From Streptosporangiaceae bacterium (GTDB lineage: Bacteria > Actinomycetota > Actinomycetes > Streptosporangiales > Streptosporangiaceae): a stretch of 32,000 bases of DNA. Positions 25,989-32,000 of the stretch are shown here, one piece after another (position 1 is the stretch's first letter; each line of letters starts with the position of its first letter). The notes beneath the pieces were generated by a model. It saw only the letters and a program-made list of their open reading frames with translations. It did no database searches and was not told where the DNA came from. Location: the NCBI GenBank assembly GCA_035308365.1, contig DATGGU010000012.1, positions 93,161-125,160 of the forward strand. Reading direction: 5' to 3'. Made by a program: the position numbers and the translations under genes.

Positions 25989-26248
25989 AGCAGAGTCTCC
26001 ATGTCGTACTCTCGGTCGCTTGTCATATACCGCCTGGATCGCCGATGTGCCCGGATAGCATAACTAACTTTCGCCGCCGGGCGTGAGCCCTGGCGACAAA
26101 TTGCCATCCGCAAGTATATAACCCGGCGATTCGTACACCATCTCCCTTTGTGGCTTTCGCCGGAGCGCACAGTTAGTATGAGCGGAGCGTGATCAGCTTC
26201 ATGATCGTTAACAGTTGACGTGGTCCGGTCCTGCCGGGGAGGAATGCT

Positions 26249-27286
26249 GTGGTGTATGCGGGTCGGCGGCTGACCCAGTTCAGCAGCGGCGCTGGTTGAG
26301 CCTGTAAGTTCGCGCCCAGCGAACTGGCGCAGGTTCTGCGCTCCATGACACCTGTGGTTCATCCGGATCTGATCGTCGGCACCGAGACCGGTGACGACGC
26401 GGCGGTCTGGCGGATCAGCGACGACCGCGCGCTGGTGGCGACCGCCGACTTCATCACGCCGATCGTCGACGACCCCCGGACCTGGGGCAAGATCGCGGCC
26501 ACCAACTCGGTCTCCGATGTCTACGCGATGGGCGGGCGGCCACTGTTCGCGCTCAACCTGGTCGGCTGGAACAGCAGCGAGCTGCCCACCGAGCTGCTCG
26601 GCGAGGTGCTCTCCGGCGCGGCCGAGGTCGGTGCCGAGTGCGGGTTCGTGGCCATCGGCGGGCACACGGTCGAGGATCCCGAGCCCAAGTTCGGCCTGGT
26701 CGTGATCGGTGAGGTGGATCCTGCCCGGGTGCTCACCAACAGCGGGCTGCGCGACGGGGACGACCTGGTGCTGACGAAACGGCTCGGCACCGGCATCGTC
26801 GCCACGGCGATCAAGCAGGCGGTGGCGCCGGATCCGGTCGCGTCGGCGGCCATCGAGTCGATGACGACGCCGAACGCGCGAGCCGCGGCGGTCGCGGTGG
26901 CGGCCGGTGCCACCGGCTGCACCGACGTCACCGGGTTCGGGCTGCTCGGCCACCTGAGCCGGATGGCCGAGGCGTCCGGCGTCGACGTCGAACTCGACGT
27001 CTCGGCGGTGGCCCTGCTGCCCGGCGTGGCTGAGCTCGCGGAGAAGGACATGGTGCCCGGCGGCTCCCGGCGCAACCTCGCCTGGGTCCGTGACCGGCTG
27101 GATCCCGGTGACGCTCCGGAGCTCACGCAGCTCATCCTGGCTGACGCCCAGACGTCGGGCGGCATGTTGTTCGGCGTCGAGCCGGGCCGTGCACCTGGTG
27201 TGGTCGCCGAGATAACCGCGGCCGGTGTGCCGGCCGCCGTGGTCGGCCGCGCGAGCAGTGGGACCGGCCGCGTCCGGCTGCGCTGA
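26249..27286 (+). CDS. selD: Selenophosphate synthetase, selenocysteine-containing (UGA recoded at 26297-26299)
   Basis: GTG start at 26249 or 26252 behind GGGGAGG (26236-26242) gives VYAGRRLTQFSSGAG-U-ACKFAPSELAQVLRSM joined in frame to the listed ORF at 26345. SelD motifs 'GTETGDDAAVWRISDDRALVATADFITPIVDDP' and 'GCTDVTGFGLLGH'. Confidence 0.93.
26297..26333 (+). promoter_or_regulatory. Putative bacterial SECIS element immediately 3' of the Sec UGA
   Basis: Upper stem GTTCGC (26308-26313) / GCGAAC (26319-26324) with a 5-nt loop GCCCA. Lower stem CCTG (26301-26304) / CAGG (26330-26333), separated by internal loops. Confidence 0.7.
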
Positions 27287-27503
27287 CCGGAGGGGCCTCC
27301 TGCGCTGACGCGCAGAGTTTCCGGCGCTGGGGTGGACGGATGGGTTTGCCTGAGCGCCGAGCGGAAAGATGCGTTCCGTGACGTCGCCTCCGCCACCACT
27401 GGCAGACCATCAACCTGTTCTGGCAGACACACTGCGGCAGACCGAATATGGCGGACACAATACTGGGGAACGGACAGGAAGATCCGGGCCAAAGGTGGGT
27501 GTC

Positions 27504-28493
27504 ATGAGGTTGCGGGCAGGCGTGGCGATCGACTTGGGCACGGTCAACACGCTTGTCTGGATTGCCGGGCGCGGGATCGTGGTCGAGGAACCATCGGCGG
27601 TCGCCATCGACCGGGCCAGCGGTAGGGTGGCCGCCGCCGGCCGCCAGGCGGATGCACTGGCCGGTAAGGAGCCCCAGGACGTCGAGGTGATCCATCCGCT
27701 GCGGGACGGGGTCATCGCCGACCTGGGCGCGGCCGTGGCCATGCTGCAGGCATTCGTGCGGCGGGCCAAGCTGCGGCGCAGCTTGCTGAAGCCGTCGGCC
27801 GTGGTCTGCGTGCCCAGCGGCGCCACCGACGTGGAGCGGCAATCCCTGGTCGCGGCGGCGGCATCGACCCGGCCGCGGTGCTCCGTGCGGCTGGTCGACG
27901 AGCCGGTCGCCGCGGCGGCAGGAGCCGGGCTTGACCTCACCGAGGGAACCGGGGCGTTCATCGTCGACATCGGCGGCGGGACCACCGAAGCCGCGGTGGT
28001 GGCCGGTGGGCACCTGGTCCGGGCCCAGTCGCTGCGGATCGGCGGCAACGCCATGGACGAGGCGATCGTGGACGCGGTCAAGGCCGAGTTCGGCCTGCTG
28101 CTCGGCCGCGACGCCGCCCGCAGCCTGAAGATGACGCTGGGCCTGGCAGGCGCGGCCGGATCGGCCGAAACCGTTGGCATCGACGCGGCCCGCCGCACCC
28201 CGCGCATCGAACAGGTGCCGGCGAAGCTGGTGGCGAAGGCGCTCGAGCGGCCGGTCGGGATCATCATCGATTCGGTGCAGGAGATGATGTCGGACATCCC
28301 GCCGAACCTCGCCGAAGACGTGGTGCGCGGGAAGGTCCGCCTCGCCGGGGGCGGTTCCCTGCTGCCCGGCCTGGCCGACCGGATCGAAGCGGCCGCGCGC
28401 ATCCCGGCCTTCGTCGTGGATGACCCACTGCGCTGCGTGGTCCGCGGTGCGGCCGAGATCCTCGAGCACAAGGACGACACTGCCAAGGGCTGA
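27504..28493 (+). CDS. MreB/Hsp70-like actin-fold ATPase (MreB-like)
   Basis: 'AGVAIDLGTVNTLVWIAGRGIVVEEPSAVAID', 'DGVIADLGAAVAML', 'FIVDIGGGTTEAAVVAGG' and 'VRLAGGGSLLPGLADRI'. Confidence 0.82.
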   Translation: MRLRAGVAIDLGTVNTLVWIAGRGIVVEEPSAVAIDRASGRVAAAGRQADALAGKEPQDVEVIHPLRDGVIADLGAAVAMLQAFVRRAKLRRSLLKPSAVVCVPSGATDVERQSLVAAAASTRPRCSVRLVDEPVAAAAGAGLDLTEGTGAFIVDIGGGTTEAAVVAGGHLVRAQSLRIGGNAMDEAIVDAVKAEFGLLLGRDAARSLKMTLGLAGAAGSAETVGIDAARRTPRIEQVPAKLVAKALERPVGIIIDSVQEMMSDIPPNLAEDVVRGKVRLAGGGSLLPGLADRIEAAARIPAFVVDDPLRCVVRGAAEILEHKDDTAKG

Positions 28494-28513
28494 GATCGGC
28501 GGCCAGCCGCGTC

Positions 28514-29230
28514 ATGACTGACGGGATCGTGCACGTCTGGCTGATCCACCTGGATCTGCCGGACCCACTCATGGCAGGCTGCGCGGCCGTGCTCGACCGC
28601 ACCGAGCGGGAGCGCGCCGCGGCGCTGACCCATCCCGCGGGCAGGGACCGGTTCGTCGCGGCCCATGGCGCCGTGCGCCTGATCCTGAGCGGGCACCTGG
28701 GCGTCCCGCCGGGCCGGATCGCCTGGCAGCGCGGCCCCAAGGGCAAGCCGGAACTAGCCGGAGCCGGGGCCGGGGCCGGTGGCGTGCGGGTCAGCATCTC
28801 TCGTTCCGGCAGGCTCGCGGCGCTGGCCATCGCCGCCGGCCGGCCCGTGGGGGTTGACCTGCAGCAGTTCCCGGCCGCCCTGGATCCGTGCCGGATGGCC
28901 GAGCGGTTCTACCCGCCGGATGAAGCCAGGTTCGTCGCGGCCGGCCGGGCCGGGGCACAGCTCGGCCGCTTCATCAGGCTCTGGGCCCGCAAGGAGGCCT
29001 GCGTCAAGGTGGGTGGCGGCGTGCTCATGCAGGGCCTCCGGTTGCACGTGAACGGCCGCGGCAGCGTCGTGGTGACCGACCCCGGCGGCCCGCTTCCCGG
29101 CCCTTACCTGGTCCAGGACGTCCCGGCGCCGCAGCGGTTCGGCGCCGCCGTCGCGGCCGGCGGAACGGCCGGCTACGAAGTGGCCCGGCACTGGTGGCCG
29201 GCCCGCGTTACCGCTTCCCGGCGGGCTTGA
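28514..29230 (+). CDS. Sfp-type 4'-phosphopantetheinyl transferase
   Basis: 'GRIAWQRGPKGKPEL', 'VSISRSGRLAALAI', 'VGVDLQQF' and 'FIRLWARKEACVKVGG'. Confidence 0.82.
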   Translation: MTDGIVHVWLIHLDLPDPLMAGCAAVLDRTERERAAALTHPAGRDRFVAAHGAVRLILSGHLGVPPGRIAWQRGPKGKPELAGAGAGAGGVRVSISRSGRLAALAIAAGRPVGVDLQQFPAALDPCRMAERFYPPDEARFVAAGRAGAQLGRFIRLWARKEACVKVGGGVLMQGLRLHVNGRGSVVVTDPGGPLPGPYLVQDVPAPQRFGAAVAAGGTAGYEVARHWWPARVTASRRA

Positions 29231-29241
29231 GGATACCTCCG

Positions 29242-29757
29242 TCAGAGCAGTTTGGGCTGCTGGAAGTACGGGGTGGACTCGCGGTTGAAGAGGAGCATGA
29301 TCGCTCCGGCCCCGACCAGCCACACCGCGACCGCGACGATCACCGTCCCGATGTCGTGCACCTGGACGAACGAGCCGAACAGGTTCAGCGTATTGATGCC
29401 GAAGAACACCGCCGAGACGATCCGCGCCCAGTTCCGCCCGCGGCGGTTCGCCCAGGCCATCCACAGCCACAGGCCCACCGCGACCAGCCCGGAGAGCACG
29501 TCGGTGGCGATGAAGCCGACCTCCGCCGTGTGCACCTGCGACGAGCTGTAGTGCGGGTACTTCGCCAGGATCGCTGCCCTGAGCCCGCCGATGGTCGCCA
29601 AAGTGACGATCACGACGATCGCGCTGAGCCCGGCACCGACGTACATGAGCTTGACGGCGTTGAGCACCGAACGTGGTGGCTGCATCCCCGCAGGATTCTG
29701 CGGGCTGGCCGATGTGGGGTACCGCTCGTACATCGCTGCTCCCTTGAGTGTTCCCAA
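29242..29757 (-). CDS. Four-TM-like small membrane protein, unknown function
   Basis: Multiple hydrophobic segments (LMYVGAGLSAIVVIVTLATI; GFIATDVLSGLVAVGLWLWMAW; GTVIVAVAVWLVGAGAIMLLF). Confidence 0.65.
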   Translation of the reverse strand: MGTLKGAAMYERYPTSASPQNPAGMQPPRSVLNAVKLMYVGAGLSAIVVIVTLATIGGLRAAILAKYPHYSSSQVHTAEVGFIATDVLSGLVAVGLWLWMAWANRRGRNWARIVSAVFFGINTLNLFGSFVQVHDIGTVIVAVAVWLVGAGAIMLLFNRESTPYFQQPKLL

Positions 29758-29799
29758 GGATATTAGTCAAGGGCTTTTTGACGGTGTCAGGAACCGTGG

Positions 29800-30519
29800 T
29801 TACGAACCTCGCGACTCGCCGGGAGTTACCTGCCGGGGGAGCGGCTGGCCGTCGACGGGCCGGTTCAGCTGGTCATTCCAGCGATCCAGCTCCCCATCGT
29901 CCATGATCTGGAAGATGAACAGCGCCCGCATGGCTTCGAGCAGGTCCTGTGTGTCGGCCTGGAGCGGGCGCGGCCGGGCCAGCCCGTTGAGCAGGAAGCC
30001 GTTGACCATGGCCACGAAGGCACCGGCCGCCTGGGCCGGCCGGCGTGCGCCCAGCGCGGCCAGCGTGACGTAGGCCAGCCGCTCGAAGGTGTCCAGCGCC
30101 TCGGTGACGCTGTGCTGCAACGCCGGGTTGCGGGCCGCCTCCAGGAAGACCTCGAACTGGGCGATCGTCGAGTCCCGGTCACGGGCCAGCAGCGCCTTGA
30201 CGAACCGCCTGGCGACCTGTTCCGCTGTGCGCGAGCCGTCCGCTGCCGCCTCCGCCAGCTTGGTCAGCTCGCTCACCCGTTCGGCCACGTGGCGGCGGAG
30301 CGCTTCCTCGGTCAGCTGCTGGATCGACTCGAAGTAATAGGTGGTCGCGGCCAGCGGCACCTGGGCGCGAGCCGCGACCGCCCGGTGCGTGACGGAGCGA
30401 ACGCCGCCCTCGGCGATCAGGGCGACCGCGGCGCGCACCAGCGCGTCCCGCCGGATCCGGCTTCGCTCCTGCAACGGCTCGCGATCCTGTGGTGGCACGG
30501 CGGATGTGACCATTGACAC
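29800..30519 (-). CDS. TetR-family regulator
   Basis: 'RRDALVRAAVALIAEGGVRSVTHRAVAARAQVPLAATTYYFESIQQLTEEAL' is a typical TetR HTH followed by an all-helical C-terminus. Confidence 0.9.
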   Translation of the reverse strand: MSMVTSAVPPQDREPLQERSRIRRDALVRAAVALIAEGGVRSVTHRAVAARAQVPLAATTYYFESIQQLTEEALRRHVAERVSELTKLAEAAADGSRTAEQVARRFVKALLARDRDSTIAQFEVFLEAARNPALQHSVTEALDTFERLAYVTLAALGARRPAQAAGAFVAMVNGFLLNGLARPRPLQADTQDLLEAMRALFIFQIMDDGELDRWNDQLNRPVDGQPLPRQVTPGESRGS

Positions 30520-30695
30520 ACCCTACCCAGAGTTGTACCCCCGTCCCAATTTTAAAAGTGGTGCAAAAGTACTAATTCGCTCAGCAGGTCGCCGCCATGC
30601 CGTGGTCCGGCCAGACAATCCAGACAGCCGGTCTCGGCCGGCCGCCTGCCGGGCCGGTGCCGTGGTTGTAGCAACGCCGAGCCAAAAGTGCGGAT

Positions 30696-30712
30696 GTTGC
30701 CGTTGCGGCAAC
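30696..30712. terminator. Short perfect hairpin downstream of the minus-strand gene at 30744
   Basis: GTTGCCG-TTG-CGGCAAC just beyond the stop of the 30744..31433 gene. Confidence 0.4.
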
Positions 30713-30743
30713 GTCGGCCAAAGGCGAAATACCGGTTGGAATG

Positions 30744-31433
30744 CTAACTCTGAGGGGCGATCTTTTCCAGTTCCTTGTTTGCGCGTACGTCAACTGCGGC
30801 GCAGTACTTCCGGTAGATGCTCATGTAGGTGGCGATGTGCTTGAAACTGAAATTTCCCACACAGTCGGCGCCGCCGTCATACAGCGTCTGGGTGTAGATG
30901 TTGCCGCCGAGCCGGTAGGTGACCCGCAGCCCGGCTACCCAGTAGTCGGTGTTCAACCGAGAGCCCAGCACTCCGTATTCGATCATGTCGGGCATTGGGC
31001 CGTAGCGCCGCAGGCTGCTGCTCCGCGTCTTCCAGGGAAGCACGGTATAGCCGCGCAGCGGCAGCAGCCGCCAGGTGCGGGACGGTGAATTCCCTTTCCA
31101 GATAGGCCAGCCCCGGGCGGACGTCAGCAGGTCGTTGTGCTCGGGCAAGACACCAGCATGCACCAGCCGGGGCGTTGGGTAACCGGGCAATGGGACCAGG
31201 GCGATGCTTTCCAGGGTGACCGGGACTGAGCCGGTGTTCTGCACCTGCATCGGAAAGTCGGCGACCAGGCCGGGCGGGCTGCCGATGCCACCGTAGGACA
31301 GCCCGCCACCGTTAGTTAGGACGTTCCCGCCGGGATCCTGGGTGGCCGCCAGGGCGATCGCCACGGTGGCCGCCAGAACACCCCCGGCCCCCACCGCAGC
31401 GAACCCCCATCGCCGGCCTGGCAGCTTCACCAC
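30744..31433 (-). CDS. Secreted or membrane-anchored hypothetical protein
   Basis: N-terminal signal/anchor 'WGFAAVGAGGVLAATVAIALAA', then a beta-rich hydrophilic region with two cysteines. Confidence 0.6.
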   Translation of the reverse strand: MVKLPGRRWGFAAVGAGGVLAATVAIALAATQDPGGNVLTNGGGLSYGGIGSPPGLVADFPMQVQNTGSVPVTLESIALVPLPGYPTPRLVHAGVLPEHNDLLTSARGWPIWKGNSPSRTWRLLPLRGYTVLPWKTRSSSLRRYGPMPDMIEYGVLGSRLNTDYWVAGLRVTYRLGGNIYTQTLYDGGADCVGNFSFKHIATYMSIYRKYCAAVDVRANKELEKIAPQS

Positions 31434-31472
31434 TTGGCCCTCGCGGCAGGGAGGCGGTTAAAGATCACCGTC

Positions 31473-31834
31473 ATAATAGACCGTTGAGTCCTGTACGGGA
31501 TATTTGTTGCCGCAGACGTCTGTTTCGACCCGCTGTTTGCGGACGTCGATCGGGACGGTGCGCCCGCCGCTTGCATTGATGTCCAGGTGGATTCTGTTCT
31601 TGATCGTTTACCCTCGGGCACGACCTGGAACCAGATGCGTGGGCCGTGGCCATCCGGGTCCCGGATCCGGTCCGGGCCGCCGCCGAGTTCTTCTTCGGGG
31701 ACTCCTACTTCGCGCCAGTAATCGTCCCAGCTCGGGAAGCCGGGCGGCGCTAACCACCCAACAGCGGCAGCCCTCGGCCCGGCCTCGCGTGCGGACAGCA
31801 TTCCAGAAGACTGTGACAATGGGCTCATGTCCAC
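31473..31834 (-). pseudogene. VOC/glyoxalase-like gene remnant disrupted by a single-base deletion
   Basis: Frame 1 reads '...DPDGHGPRIWFQVVPEGK'. The family-like continuation '(T)IKNRIHLDINASGGRTVPIDVRKQRVE' is in another frame, so one base is apparently missing near 31605-31611. The family-like sequence then ends abruptly. Confidence 0.7.
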
Positions 31835-32000
31835 TGGCGCGCAGCCCGTTCGCAGCGCTCACCCGGGCACCGCGCGGAGCCAGGGCGGTCCGCGTAAGGA
31901 GCTGGCCGACCTGCTGAAGTCCCGGCGGGACCGGCTGACGCCCGCTGACGTGGGGCTGCCCGAGGGCACCCGGCGCCGTACCGCGGGGCTGCGCCGGGAA
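31827..32000 (+). CDS. XRE-family HTH regulator, N-terminus (3' partial at window edge)
   Basis: ATG 31827 gives MSTGAQPVRSAHPGTARSQGGPRKELADLLKSRRDRLTPADVGLPEGTRRRTAGLRRE, a typical start of this actinobacterial XRE group. Confidence 0.8.
   Translation, partial: MSTGAQPVRSAHPGTARSQGGPRKELADLLKSRRDRLTPADVGLPEGTRRRTAGLRRE

Noticed and set aside
26050-26248. Possible tRNA-Sec gene upstream of selD
   Set aside because: No cloverleaf, T-arm GGTTCRAATCC or CCA-adjacent acceptor pairing could be identified by eye. A tRNAscan or Aragorn run would be decisive.
25985-26953. 322-aa minus-strand ORF overlapping selD
   Set aside because: Low-complexity Arg/Gly/Asp-rich translation antisense to the strongly motif-supported selD.
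27410-28696. Large minus-strand ORF (428 aa) opposite the MreB-like gene; likewise 27132-28469
   Set aside because: No recognisable domain. The sense strand has clear actin-fold nucleotide-binding motifs.
30112-30844. Several small plus-strand ORFs opposite TetR and the downstream intergenic region
   Set aside because: Arg/Ser-rich antisense translations with no conserved features.

Overview
This window comes from a high-GC actinobacterium and appears to combine specialised metabolism with selenium and metal handling. No rRNA, tRNA, CRISPR array or transposase was recognised. Four parts stand out. (1) Terpenoid block: UbiA-family prenyltransferase, squalene-hopene-cyclase-like protein with an altered acid motif (ESED in place of DxDD), polyprenyl diphosphate synthase, P450, PLP decarboxylase, MFS exporter, GT1- and GT8-type glycosyltransferases, and a UDP-glucuronate-decarboxylase-like gene. 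(2) Selenium genes: a senA/senB-like pair (EgtB-like selenoneine synthase and selenosugar synthase), plus a selD whose true reading frame starts near 26249 and crosses an in-frame UGA at 26297-26299 (RLTQFSSGAG-U-ACKF) followed by a SECIS-like hairpin. The supplied ORF track truncates this gene. (3) Overlapping or closely spaced organometal-type cassette: SAM methyltransferase, fused HgcA/HgcB-like corrinoid-ferredoxin membrane protein with an NVWCASAGG cap motif, P1B-type ATPase with a TPC motif, and MerB-like organomercurial lyase. It sits at the end of the same-strand run that starts with the P450. (4) Regulators and other genes: ArsR-rhodanese fusion, a second ArsR, AMP-ligase with a C-terminal LuxR-like HTH, TetR, XRE, MreB-like protein and Sfp-type PPTase. 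The main hypothesis is a composite locus linking terpenoid/sugar tailoring with organometal(loid) or selenium chemistry. The individual gene calls are much firmer than that functional link.
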